NCBI RefSeq assembly: GCF_009914755.1 | Contig: NC_060931.1 | DNA: 64,000 nt | Direction: 5' to 3' (one strand) | Source of the DNA: the human T2T-CHM13v2.0 reference genome, Homo sapiens | Part shown: one piece after another, positions 31,251-44,714 of the stretch | Layout: each line of letters starts with the position of its first letter | How positions within the stretch are numbered: position 1 is the stretch's first letter | Notes under the pieces: generated by a model | Databases searched by the model: none | The model's input: only the letters and a program-made list of their open reading frames with translations | Told to the model about the DNA's origin: nothing | Translations under genes and position numbers: made by a program

Positions 31251-33059
31251 TTTTAAGCTTCCAAATCTACTTTTCTTTTTTTATTCCAAGCAGTACCCAT
31301 ATTGTATACATCCTACCTTAAATATATTTTAAACTTATCTTTTCTGTTCCTTTTGCCTTATCTTGGCCCTCATTATCTCATCAGGAGTACAGCAACAATC
31401 TAACTTGTATGTAAGTGATGAATAAATTCATGAACTCCCAGGTTTAGGATCAGGATTATAACAGTTATTGTCAATAATGGGAACAGCTGAAGTGAAAATA
31501 GAAGATACCAGGGCTCTAGGAAGATTACTCTTCTAAAAATGTTGCTGAAATACAGTTTCATTGTATTTCTTTCTCTGATAAAAGCACGTTAGTGCAATAT
31601 GCACATTCCTTACTTCCACAATAATATCATTGCTTTAGCACCCGAAATTCAACTGGCTTTGCAGTGGCTTGAAGCCTAGTAACATCTCCTCCATTTTTTA
31701 GGCATTGCTCGATGATACCATTTGTTCATCACTTAAAGTAAAAACTATTGGAATATTTAAATTAACAGTAATCAACTTAGGGTTTTTAAAAAATTTGTAA
31801 ACTTAATAACAGGATTAGATTTGATTGGTTGTAGCAGGGGGTGGGGAAGGTGGCATCAGCGACATTAACTTCAAGAATGATCGTTGCCCAAAGTTGTTTT
31901 GTTGTTGTTCTGCAAACATTTCTTCTGGTAATTACTAAACTTAATGTCCATGTATATTCTTGTGGTATCATAAAAATAGCATAAACTCTAGCTCAAAATT
32001 CTTAAACATGATCTGAATATACTAATTTAAGATAGAGAATATACCAAATTAAAATATGCCTTGTGTAAACTCTTGGACCTCGGAATGACACCTCAATCCA
32101 CTCTTTGGAATCTAGAGGTCACATGCAGGGGCAGGTGGATAAACACGAGGTTTCCATAGTACATTCTGAAGCTGGAGGGATGCTCAGCAATTACCCAAGA
32201 AATACAGAAAATATCCTCAAACAACCTTGTTTCCTGAAGTTTCTTTGATTGTACATACAAATTATTAAAAACAATACACTTGGAAAGGCTCAGAAGCCAT
32301 GCAGTACTGCCTAAGTATAAAAATAGGAAGACTAACATTCTTGAAAGCCTCAGGCATACTGAATTTGTCATTAACAAAACATTTGAATTCATGAGGACCA
32401 AAGGCTGGAGAAAAAGAGAGGCTATCCTGCCCCTACTTAAGTTGAAACTACAAAGGCTATATATGTTTCCATTTTCTGCTGCCGAATGACAATAAGGTAA
32501 ACAATGTTAAGAATATCAGTTTGATATGCATTGTAAAATGAATAAGATATAAAAATACTCTTCTGAAACAAAAATTTTAAAATTCAGGTTTTTCTGAAGC
32601 AGCTTCGTTCAATACTTTTAAAATGATATTTTGCCACAGATATGAACTTTTATGAATGCCTGGACACAATTAGAATTCATCTATATATGTTTACAAAATG
32701 TCCTCTTTTTATTGATAGTTATTTTCTACAAAAGTTGTTGGAGTTTCTCTTTAAATAACATAAACCTATTATTAGCTTTCATTAAGAAAATTATCCAGCA
32801 CATGGTGAAACGGGCAATAAAATGAAAAGAAAATTATCCATAAACATTACATAATTACACCACCTAAGACTTTCCAATCTATTTGGCTTATCAAGTCTCC
32901 TTCAAGTTTTTAAAAACCATTTTGCCTGTTTTCTATGGTAGATAATAAAAAATTGAATTTAAGCAAAATATTTTATTTTATATTAGCATATCAATAAAGA
33001 ATACAAATAACATTTACCTAAAATAGTTTTAAATATTAATATGGGGTCACTGATCACTT

Positions 33060-33385
33060 TTAAATATATAACATTTACATATACTTATATGTACTATATA
33101 AATATATAAATAATACTATAATATAAATACACGTTTATATTTATATAAATGTCCTATATATTTATATTACAAATATAAATATGTAAATTTATATAAATAG
33201 AAATGTGTATATTTATCATTTATCTATGTAACAATATAATTCATATAAAATATATTACATAAATTTTTATATTCATATTATAAATATATGTATTTATATA
33301 TGTATATTTTTAGACATAAAATATATGTCTATGTAAAGATATGAATAATATAAAATATTATGTTATTTTATAACAATATAAATTT
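33060..33385. repeat. Degenerate (TA)n AT-rich low-complexity tract
   Basis: About 320 bp dominated by alternating T/A. Confidence 0.9.
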
Positions 33386-34293
33386 AGGTGTCTTTCTATT
33401 CAGAAAAAATGCCACTTGATTTACTTTAAATTGTGTAAGACAAAAACTGCTTTGTCAAAAATAATATTTAAAATGAAATATGTTTTCTTTGGGGACTGGA
33501 TGCATGTTAAAAATACATATTAATACATAACTAAATGTTATGCATCAAAAAGACCAAAACGCCTTTCATAACCTTGCAATTTTAGCATATGCTTTATAAA
33601 CTTAACTGGTTTGTATTTTTAGGCTATTTTGAAGATCTTTCCATAAATAAAATATTTCTTAGGAGTACAGTGCTTGTTTTCCAATACTTGGATGATGTAT
33701 TATTGTTTTTCTCATTGTGTGTTTTTATGTTTTTATGTATGTATTATTTTTTTCTCAAGTTTTTTCCTTGAAGAACTATTTAATAGTGTAGCTTCTGGAT
33801 CTGGTGAATACCAGTTTTTGTATTACAATCATGAACAAAGCAGAACTGCCTGCATAATACTATGACTAAATGGATGAGATTGATTTATTCCAGTAACTAA
33901 CAATATCAAAAGGCGAGTAAACTTTTCCATGGGGGTACAATACATAACCAATTCATAAGAATTTCTTCAATGCTTTTCCTTGGATTAAAATCACATTATG
34001 GACAAATGAAGTCATTAACAAATCTCTTGAACCTGTCAACCTATTTTGCAAAATGTACAATTTCAGAAATTTTTATATGAATAACATGTTATCTGTCCAA
34101 AATTATGCTTTTATTTTGACAATTCTTCAGAAATATTTCAGAATTCAGAAACAGAGGTATATCAAAGCAATCTAAAATACTTCTAGCATCTCTCTTTTTA
34201 TGTAGTAAATATAGAAATCTTTGTGATTTCTGCATTTTCCAGGGGGGTCCCTGGGCAATCTAAAAGATAATTGTAATTTTAGAAAACATCTTC

Positions 34294-34400
34294 GAGTTTG
34301 CTTCAGCAGCAAGTGTACTAAAATTAAAACAATATAGAGAAGATTAGCATGATCCCTGCACAAGTGTGACACACAAATTTGCGAAGCATTCTATTTTTTT
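34294..34400 (+). pseudogene. RNU6: Full-length diverged U6 snRNA retrocopy
   Basis: gagtttgcttcagcagcaagtgtactaaaattaaaacaatatagagaagattagcatgatccctgcacaag...gcgaagcattctatttt aligns end to end with U6; ACAGAGA box mutated. Confidence 0.93.
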
Positions 34401-34990
34401 TTTCGACAAATGGTTATCTATTTCAACTGGATATCCACATGCGGAAGAATAAAGTTGGACTCTTACATTATACCATATATAAACATTAACTTAAAGTGAA
34501 TCAAAGGTCCAAGCAGCAAAATCTAAAACTATAAAACTCTTAGAGGAAAACATAGGAGGAAAGATTTATGACATCAGATTTGGCAATGACTCCTTGGATA
34601 TGACATCAAAAGCACAGACAACAAAAAAAGTAGATAGATTAGACTACATTCAACATGGAAAGCTTTTGTGTAGTATGCTAAGTAAGACTCGTCACAAATA
34701 GACAAATACTGTATGATTGCACTTATATAAGCTATCTAGAATAATAAAATGTATAAAACAGCAAGTAGAATGGTGGATGCTGGGGCTGTTGGGAGAGATG
34801 AATGGGAGCTATTGTTTAATAAGTATGGAGTTTCAGTTCTGGAAGATGAAAAAGTTCTGGAGATGGATGGTAGGGACAGGTGCACAAACATGTGAATGTA
34901 CTTAATGCCACAGAACTGCACATTTAAAAATGGTTAAACTGGCAAATTTTATGTTTTGTATATTTTACCACAATGAAAAAACAAAAAGAC
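34401..34990 (+). mobile_element. L1MB-type 3' segment directly after U6, with internal deletion near 34670
   Basis: ttcgacaaatgg...caactggatatccacatgc (ORF2), then jump to tatgctaagt...gacaaatactgtatgatt, 3'UTR and A-rich tail. Confidence 0.88.
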
Positions 34991-35730
34991 AATCTATTCT
35001 TTTTTTTTTCTGTGTTTAGAATCTGATCTTGAAGAAACAGAATTATCAGAAAAGATCTGGTCATTTGATTGATACAGTATCACAGTTGCCTGTGAGCAAT
35101 GACTGATTATAGCTTAATTATACATAAAGTAACAATATTTTATAAAAGATGAAAGTAACACAATTATAAGAAACTTTAGTTCTCCTGAAATGATGAACTT
35201 TAAAAAAATTGATAACAAAATAAAATCAGCACAAATTTCAGGAAATTATTCTGGTGATATACAGAATTCCTGCTAACTCTGTAGATTACACAGACGGTAA
35301 AAAATAATCTTATTCCCTTTGTTAAAAGCCGATTAAATATTTCAAGATCAATTTATGTTTTAACAGGGAGAAGATAAAATTCCAGGATTGCATTAATGTA
35401 GTCTTTTGCAGTAAAGGATATTAAAATATCTTTATAAATAAACCCATTAAAATTAAGCAAACTTCCTCCAAATTTTAATATATTTCATCTTTTTTCCTAG
35501 ACTAAGATATTATAAAGTATGGTAAATAAAATTCATTTTTCTCAAACCTTATACAACTTGCTATGTACACTCAAGTTTTATCCCTCACTATAATCTTTAA
35601 TATTCTGGAACAAATTGACACACTATTCTGTTTTTACTTGAAAACCATATCTGGCGGCCCTCTGGTTGTCAAGGGTTGCTTCTTTCTCTATTTGTATGAT
35701 TTTATTTTTCCTTAATTTATTGAATTTTTC

Positions 35731-38700
35731 TTTTTTTTTTTTTTTACTTTATGTTCCAGGATACATGTGCAGAACGTGCAGGTTTGTTACATAGGTATAC
35801 TAGGTATACGTGTGCCAAGATGGTTTGCTGCACCTATCAACCTGTTACCTGGCTTTTAAGCCCCATGTGCATTAGCTATTTGTCCTGATGCTCTCCGTCC
35901 TCTTTCCCCCCACCGACAGGCCCCGCCCAGCAGTATGTGTTATTCCCTCCCAGTGTCCACGTGTTCTCATTGTTCAAATCCCACTTATGAGTGAGAACAT
36001 GTGGTGTTTGGTTTTCAGTTCCTGTGTTAGTTTGCTGAGGATGATGGCTTCCAGGTTTATCCATGTCCCTGCAAAGGACATGATCTCATTCCTTTTTATG
36101 GCTGCATAGCATTCCATGGTGTATATGTACCACATTTTCTTTATCCAGTCTATCATTGATGGGCATTTGGTTCAATGTCTTTGCTATTGTGAATAGTGCT
36201 GCAATAATCATACGTGTGCTAACCTTCTCTCCCTGGAACCTTCTGGAAAGTGAGGAGCGCCTCTGCCAGGCTGTAGCACCATCTGAGAAGTGAGGAGCGC
36301 CTCTGTCCCACCCCAGTGCAACTCTACAGGTGTGAAGTGGCAGTCTAGTGTGTGATCTTTCTGCCCTCCTCAAGTTTGCATTTTCAACATTAAAGTTTAC
36401 TTCTAAATTAAAAGACTTAAATTGGGGAAGATAAAAAAAAATGTGTACATGTGTCTTTATAATAGAATGGTTTATATTCCTTTGGGTATATACCCAGTAA
36501 TGGGATTGCTGGGTCAAATGGTATTTCTGGTTCTAGATCCTTGAGGGATCGCCACACTGTCTTCCACAATGGTTGATTAATTTTTATTACATTAATTTAC
36601 ATTCCCACCAACAACGTAAAAAGTTGTTCTTATTTCTCCACAGCCTCGCCAGCTCTGTTTCTTGACTATTTAATAATTGCCATTCTGACTGGCATGAGAT
36701 GGTATTTTATTGTGGTTTTGATTTGCATTTCTCTAATGATCAGTAATGTTGACCTTTTTTTTAAATACGTTTGTTGGCTGGATAAATGCCTTCTTTTGAA
36801 AAATGTCTGTTCATACCCTTTGCCCACTTTTTGATGAGGTTGTTTTTTTCTTGTAAATATGTTTAAATTCCTTGTAAATTCTGGATATTATACCATAGTC
36901 CTTTGTCGGATGGGTAGATTGCAAACTTTTTTCCCATTCTGTATGTTGCCTGTACTCTCTGATGATAGTTTCTTTTGCTGTGCAGAAACTCTTTAGTTTA
37001 ATTAGATCCCATGTGTCAATTTTAGCTTTTGTTGCAATTACTTTTGAGGATTTCATCATAAAATCTTTGCCCATGCCTATGTCCTGAATGGTATTGCCTA
37101 GGGTTTCTTCTAGGGTTTTTATGGTTTTAGGTCTTACGTTTAAGTCTTTAATCCATCTTGAGTTAATTTTTGTTTAAGATGTAAGGAAGGGGTTCAGTGT
37201 CAGTTTTCTGCATATGGATACCCAGTTTTCCCAACACCATTTATTAAACAGGGAATCCTTTCCCCATTGCTTGTTTTTGTGAGGTTTGTCAAAGATCAGA
37301 TGGTTGTAGATGTGTGGTGTTATTTCTGAGGTCTCTATTCCATTCCATTGATCTATATGTCTGTTTTGGTACCGGTACCAGTACCATGCTGTTTTGGTTA
37401 CTGTAGTCTTGTATAGTTTGAAGTAAGGTAGCTGATGCTGCCAGCTTTGTTCATTTTGCTTAGGATTGTCTTGGCTATGCAGGCTCTTTTTTGGTTCCAT
37501 ATGAAATCTAAAGTAGTTTTTCTAATTCTGTGAAGAATGTCAATGGTAGCTTGACGGGAATAGCATTGAATCTATAAATTTCATTGGGCAGTATGACCAT
37601 GTTCATGATATTGATTCTTCCTATCCATGAGGATGGGGTGTTTTTCCATTTGTTTGTGTCCTCTCTTATTTCTTTGAGCAGTGGTTTGTAGTTCTCCTTG
37701 AAGAGGTCCTTCACATCCCTTGTTAGCTGTATTCCTAGTTATTTTATTCTCTTTGTAGCAATTGTGAATGGGAGTTTGCTCATGATTTGGCTCTCTGTTT
37801 GTCTGTTATTGATGTATAGGAATGCTTGTGATTTTTGCGCATTGATTTTTTTATCCTGAGACTTTGCTGAAGTTGCTTATCAGCTTAAGGAGATTTTGGG
37901 CTGAGACGATGGGGTTTTCTAAATATACAATCATGTCATCTGCAAACAGAGACAATTTGAATTCCTCTCTTCTTATTTGAATACACTTTATTTCTTTCTC
38001 TTACCTAATTGCCCTGGCCACAACTTCTAATACTATGTTGAATAGGAGTGGTAAGAGAGGGCATCCTTGTCTTGTGCCTGTTTCCAAAGGGAATGCTTTC
38101 ATTTTGCACATTCAATATGATATTGGCTGTGGGTTTGTCATAAATAGCTCTTATTATTTTGAGACATGTTTCATCAATACCTAGTTTATTGAGAGTTTTT
38201 AACATGAAAAGTTATTGAATTTTATCAAAGGCTTTTTCTGCATCTATTGACATAATGATGTGGGTTGTCATTGGTTTTGTTTATGTGATGGATTACGTTT
38301 ATTGATTTCCATATGTTGAACCAGCCTTGCATCCCAGGGATGAAGCCAACTTGATTGTGGTGGATAAGCTTTTTAATATGCTGCTGGATTCGGTTTGCTG
38401 GTATTTTATTGAGGATTTTTACATCTATGTTCATTGGGGTATTGGCCTGCAGTTTTCCTTTTTTGTAGTGTCTCTGCCAGGCTTTGGTATCAGGATGATG
38501 CTGGCCTGGTAAAATGAGTTAGGGAGGAGTTCCTCGTCTTCAATTGTTTGGAATAGTTTCTGAAGGAATGGTACCAACTCCTCTTTGTACCTCTGGTAGA
38601 ATCTGGCTGTGAATCTGTCTGGTCCTGGGCTTTTTTTGTTGGTAGGCTATTTATCACTGCCTACATTTCAGAACTTGTTATTGGTCTATTCAGGGAATTG

Positions 38701-41700
38701 ACTTCTTTCTGGTTTAGTATTGGGAGGGTGTATGTGTCCAGGAATGTATCCATTTCATGTAGATTTTCTAGTATATTTGCACAGAATTGTTTATACTATT
38801 CTCTGATAGTAGTTTGTATTTCCATGGGGCCAGTGGTGATGTCCTCTTTAGCATTTTTTATTGTATCTATTTGATTCTCTTTTTTTCTTTATTAGTCTAG
38901 CTAATGATCTATTTTATTATTTGATTCAAAAAACTGGTTCCTGGATTCATTGATTTTTTGGTAGGGTTTTTGTGTGTGTGTGTCTCTATCTCCTTCAATT
39001 ATGCTCTGGTCTTAGTTATTTCTTGTCTTCTGCTAGCTTTTGGATTTGTTTGCTCTTGCTTCTCTAGTTCTTTTAATTGTGATGTTAGGGTGTCAATTTG
39101 AGATCTTTCTAGCTTTCTGATGTGGGCATTTTAGTGCTATAAATTTCCATCTTAACACTGCTTTAGCTGCATCCCAGAGATTCTGGTACGTTGTCTTTTG
39201 TTCTCATTGGTTTCAAAGAACTTCTTGATTTCTGCCTTAATTTCATTATTTACCTAAGAGTCATTCAGGGGCAGCTTGTTTAATTTCCATGCAGTTGTGT
39301 GATTCTGAGTGAGTTTTTTAATCCTGTGTTCCAAATTGATTGCACTGTGGTCTGAGAGACTATTTCATATTATTTCAGTTCTTTTGTATTTGCTGAGGGG
39401 TGTTTTACTTCCAATTATGCAGTCGATTTTAGAGTAAGTGCCATGTGGCACTGAGAAGAATGTATATTCTGTTGTTTTGGGGTGGAGAGTTCTGTAGATA
39501 TCTATTAGGTCCACTTGATGCAGAGCTGAGTTCAAGTCCTGAATATCCTTTTTAATTTTCTGTCTTGTTAATCTGTCTAATATTGACAGTGGAGTGTTAA
39601 AGTCTCCCACGATTATTGTATGGGAGTCTAAGTCTCTTTGTAGATCTCTAAGAACTTATTTTATGAATCAGGGTGCTCTTGTATTGGGTGAATATATATG
39701 TAGAATAGTTAGCTCTTCCTAAAGAATTGAACCCTTTACCATTATGTAATGCCCTTCTTTGTCTTTTTTGATCTTTGTTGGTTTAAAGTCTGTTTTGTCA
39801 GAGACTAGGACTGCAACCCTGCTTTTTTCCGTTTTCCATTTGCTTGGTAAATTTTCCTTCATCGCTTTATTTTGAGCCTATGTGTGTCTTTGCACATGAG
39901 ATGAGTCTCTTCAATACAGCACACCAATGAGTCTTGACTCTTTATCCAATTTGCCAGTCTATGTCTTTTAATAGCCCATTTACATTTAAGGTTAATACTG
40001 TTATGTGTGAATTTGATCCTGTCATGATGATGCTAGCTGGGTATTTTGCACACTAGGTAATGCCATTTCTTCATAGTGTCATTGGTCTTTATATTTCGAG
40101 TGTTTTGCAGTGGCTGGTACCAATTTTTCCTTTCCATATTTAGTGCTTCCTTCAGGAACGCTTACAAGGCAGGCCTGGTGGTGACAAATTCCCTCAGCAT
40201 TTGCTTGTCTGAAAAGGATTTTATTTCTCCTTCACTTATGAAGTTTAGTTTGGCTGGATATGAAATTCTGGTTTGAAAATTCTTTAAGAATGTTGAATAT
40301 TGACCTCCACTCTCTTCTGGATTGTAGGGTTTCTGCCGAGAGATCTGCTTCTAGCCTGATGGACTTCCCTTTGTAGGTGACCTGGCCTTTCTCTCTGGCT
40401 GCCCTTAACAGTTTTTCCTCCATTTCAGCCTTGGAGAATCTGAAGATTATGTGTCTTGGGGTTGATCTTCTCATGGAGTATCTTAGTGGGGTTCTCTGTA
40501 TTTCCTGAATTTGAATGTTGGCCTGTGTTTCTACGCTGGGGAAGTTCTTTTGGATAATATTCTGAAGTGTGTTTTCCAACTTGGTTCCATTTCCCTGTCT
40601 CTTTCAGGTACTCCAATCAGTCGTAGGTTCAGTTTTTTACATAGTTCCATATTTCTCGGTTAGGTTTTGTTCATTCCTTTTCATTCTTTTTCTCTAATCT
40701 TGTCTGCCTGCCTTATTTCAGCAAGGTAGTCTTCTATCTCTGATATTCTTTCTTCCACTCAATCAATTTGGTTATTGATACTTGTGTATGCTTTACAAAG
40801 TTCTTGTGCTGCATTTATGTTCCTCTCCAAACTGGTTATTCTAGTTAGCAGCTCCTCTAACCTTTTATCAAGGTTCTTAGCTTCTTTGTGTTGGGTTAGA
40901 ATATGCTCCTTTACTTCAGTGAAGTTTGTTATTAACTACCTTCTGAAGCCTACTTCTGTCAATTTGTCATCTTATCTTCCATCCAGTTCTGTGCCCTTGC
41001 TGGAGAGGTGTTGTGATCATTTGGAGGAGAAGAGGCACTCTGGCCTTTTGGTTTTTCAGTGTTTTTTTGTTGATTTTTTTTTCATCTTCATGAGTTTGTC
41101 TAGTTTCAATCTTTGAGGCTGCTGATCCTTGGTTGAGGTTTTCTTTGGGACTTTTCTTGTTGATGCTGTTGTTGTTGCTTTCTCTTTGTTTTTCTTTCAA
41201 TAGTCAGGTCCCTCTTCTGTAGGACTGCTGTGGTGTGCTAGAGGTTTGCTTCAGTCCCTATTAATTTAGTTCGCTCTTGCGCCTAGAGATGTCACTCGAG
41301 GAGGCTGGAGAACAGCAAAGATGGATGCCTGCTCCTTCCTCTGGGATCTCTGACCTCAAGGGGCACCAATCTGATGCTAGTAAGAATGCTCCCATATGGG
41401 ATGTCTGACAACTCCTTTTGGGGGGTCTCACCCAGTTGGGTGGCATGGGGAACAGGACCCATTTAATGGGAGGACATTTAAAGGACAGCATTTTGACTGT
41501 CCTTTGGTGGAGGGGGTGTGCTGCACTGGGGGAAAACCCACTTGTCTGGGCTGCCTGGATTCCTCAGAGCTGGCAGGAGGAAAGTTTAAGTCTGCTGGTC
41601 CATGGAGACATTGGCCACCCCTCTCCCTAGGGGTTCAGACCCAGGGAGAGCAGAGTTCTGTCTTTGACCCCCTGAATGGAGTTGGAGTTCCTGCAGGGAG

Positions 41701-42219
41701 GCCCTGCAGTGGCAGTGTTGGCTGCCACCCCTCCCCCAAGGAGCTCAGACAGCTTAGACAGCAGGTAGCCACAGCAGTGGTGATGGCTACCCCTCTCCCT
41801 GTGAACTCCACAGGCTTAGGCTGATTCTAACTGAGTAGCTCTTGAGAATCTGCACAGCTCCGTGGTTGGAACCCAAGGCACTGGTGGCATGGGCTCACAA
41901 GTGAGATCTTCCGACCCATGCATTGCACAGTTCCGTGGAAAAAGCATGGTTTCCCAGGCTGGGTAGCATGCTCACTCACCACCTCCCTTAGCTGGGGGCG
42001 GGGGCTCCCTGCCCTGTGCGGCTCTCAAGTGAGCTGCAGCACCACACTACTACTCTTCCTTCCTCTCTGTGAGTCACACCCACCAGCCATCTATTCAGTC
42101 CTAATGACAGAACCAGGATACCTTGGTTGCTGGTACAGGATTCGCACACAGTTTTGGATCTTTTCAATGGGAGCCTCTGATCACTGCTGCTTCTAGTTGG
42201 CCACCTTGTCCCTGTCCCC
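35731..42219 (-). mobile_element. Full-length older L1PA (about PA8-PA13), ORFs disrupted
   Basis: Poly(A) at 35731, ORF2 fragments ([25 protein letters not shown]), ORF1 fragment (RRSTPRHIIFRFSK), 5'UTR to 42219; flanks tgaattttt / tgaaattttt. Confidence 0.95.
36220..36440 (+). mobile_element. SVA2-like VNTR retroposon inserted in the L1
   Basis: Two aagtgaggagcgcctctg VNTR units, unique 3' gtgtgaagtggcag...tgtgtgatctttctgccctcctcaagtttgcatttt..., A tail; TSD acgtgtgc / atgtgtac. Confidence 0.8.
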
Positions 42220-42599
42220 TGAAATTTTTTATATGACCCATGATATGGTCTACTATTTGGACAATGTTCCATGTTCATTGACTTATCTTCCTATATCTCT
42301 CCTTATCTCAGATATTATTTTTTGAGGTCTACATTATATATTATAGCCACTACAAATTTCTTTTGACTATTGTTTACATAGTATATTTTAAAAATTATTT
42401 TAAACTGTCTATGGTGGAGAGCATGATGAACTGCAAAGGACCATGAGGAAATTTGGGAGATGATGATATTCAGTATCTTGACTGGCAGTTCTGTTACAAG
42501 AGTTGTGTATCTGTTTAAAGTTGTATATACAAATTGAGCACAGTTTTTTTGGTACAAAGATTATACCTCTAAATGGTTGATTACCTGTGAAAAAATGGT

Positions 42600-43035
42600 T
42601 AATTAAAGATGGAAAATAATAACAAAATCTAGAAAATCCTCAAGTATTTGGATATTAATACTCTTCTAAATAAACCATTGCAATCACTGTAGGGTTAAAG
42701 AAAAATCATAAAATAGAAACAGAAAACAGAAAAGATCATGAAATCTGAAATATTTTGAACTGAAAAATAATGAAAATTCTTTATATCAAAATATGCAGCA
42801 TGGAACCATAGCAATGGTTAGAGAAGAATCTATAGTTTTAAATGTTCATATTATACACAAAACATTTAACAACATGGATCTAACTTTCTACCTTAGAAAC
42901 CTAAAAGCAAAACTTAAATATATAGGAAATCAAAAGAAATAAACTATAAAGATAAGAACAGAAATCAATAAAATTGAAAATGACAAATAGAGAAAAGTAA
43001 CAAAGCAAAAAGTTTGTTTCTATAAAGTATTAATA
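42600..43035 (+). mobile_element. Ancient L1M ORF2 fragment
   Basis: cttctaaataaacc...tattttgaactgaaaaataatgaaaa...gaaatcaataaaattgaaaa. Confidence 0.7.
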
Positions 43036-44180
43036 CAGTTAGTAAATCTCTAGATAGGAGACATGTTATTTGTTTTCATCTGGGACATGAACAAACATAC
43101 CAAAGAAAATTGGATATCTCAATGTTCTTGATTATGTTATTTTTGTACCTTGAGTATTGCCAAGATCACTATGGATATTTGTCTTTGTTAACAGCTGTAG
43201 GTAAAATTTGAAGGATGCATAGAAGTTTACTGTATAAACAGTGAAAGTAAGGCAAGGACACTATCAGCATCTATGCAATGATATCAAATTAAGAACAAGC
43301 ATGTTGTGGTCACAGTTTGTGAAAAAACATTTAAAACTTGGATGATTTTATTTATTTACTACAGAGAATGTAGTCTGTCCTTTCAATGTCATACTCTATC
43401 ATTATTTAATACATATCTATGATATTTCTTTTAGAAAATTAAACTAGCATATTTACTTGTGTTTTACCTTGCTCTTTACTATTTGATTAGATCCTAGACA
43501 CTACAAAATTCATGTTATCTTGTAGATTTCTGTGTGACAGAAAAGATAACTAAATTTTAATGTTATATATGATAGTCTATTAAAAATTACTTTCTTGTGA
43601 AATTTAGTTCAAGAGAACTTTTATATAAGAATTCAAATCCACATAATTAAGGTGAAAACTTGGACAAGTCAAATTGGATTCGTAATTTAGGTTTAAATAA
43701 TCATTTCTCCACTTTGGCACTATTGACATGTTGGTCTAGATAATAAGAATTCAAAATATTAAGGTATTTCAAAAGATATCTCTCATTACATTTTTAGTTA
43801 AACAATTTTTATCTAAAAAATATCTGTGGAAACAAAAATGAATTACTGGACTCATGAAACAAAGGTAAGAAAACTTAAACATTTAAATCATGAAAAATTA
43901 AACTTTTACTAACAAAAATATTTTGCTAAAAATTTTCACATATTGATAAAATTAGTAAGAAGACAGTGTTCATTGTAAAATTAAATTACTCTTAAACTGA
44001 AGAATGCATCAGAGACTTGCAATGGCAGAATTGATCAAGCAGAAGAAATAGTGAGCTTGAAGATAGGCTATTTGAAAATACACAGAGGAGATAAAAGAAA
44101 AAAGAATTTAAAAGAATGCCACAAGATTTAGAAAATAGTCTCAAAAGGGCAAATCTAAGAGTTATTGGCCTTAATGAAGA

Positions 44181-44689
44181 TGCCAAGAACAGCTCAGTCA
44201 GGGAGACCCTAACCCAGCGGCGCTAGAGGAATTAAAGACATACACACAAATATAGCGGGTGGAGTGGGAAATCAGGGGACTCACAGTCTTCAGAGCTGAG
44301 AACCCCGAACAGAGATTTACCCACATATTTATTGACAGCAAGCCAGTGATAAACATTGTTTCTATAGGTTATAGATTAACTAAAAGTATTCCTTACGGGA
44401 AACGAAGGGATGGGCCGAAACAAAGGGATGGGCTCTGGCTAGCTATCTGCAGCAGGAATTATGTCCTTAAGGCACAGATTGCTCATGCTATTGTTTGTGG
44501 CTCAGGAATGCCTTTAAGCGGATTTCCGCCCTGGGTGGGCCAGGTGTTCCTTGCCCTCATTCCGGTAAACCCACAACCATCAGTGTGGGTGTCATGGCCA
44601 TCACAAACATGTCACAGCACTGCAGAAATTTTGTTTATGGCCAGTTTTGGGGCCAGTTTATGGCCAGATTTGGGGGTCTATCCCCAGCA
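44181..44689 (-). mobile_element. 3' LTR (MER9)
   Basis: TG...CA; preceded on the minus strand by polypurine tract aaaaacaagaaggggaaca (44690-44708). Confidence 0.93.
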
Positions 44690-44714
44690 TGTTCCCCTTC
44701 TTGTTTTTGCAGGG

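Noticed and set aside
35650-35672. CTCF-like motif (minus strand tgacaaccagagggccgcc)
   Set aside because: Mismatch at a near-invariant C of the core; not supportable without ChIP data.
35731-42219. Full-length L1 as an active element
   Set aside because: ORF1 and ORF2 are fragmented by many stops and frameshifts.
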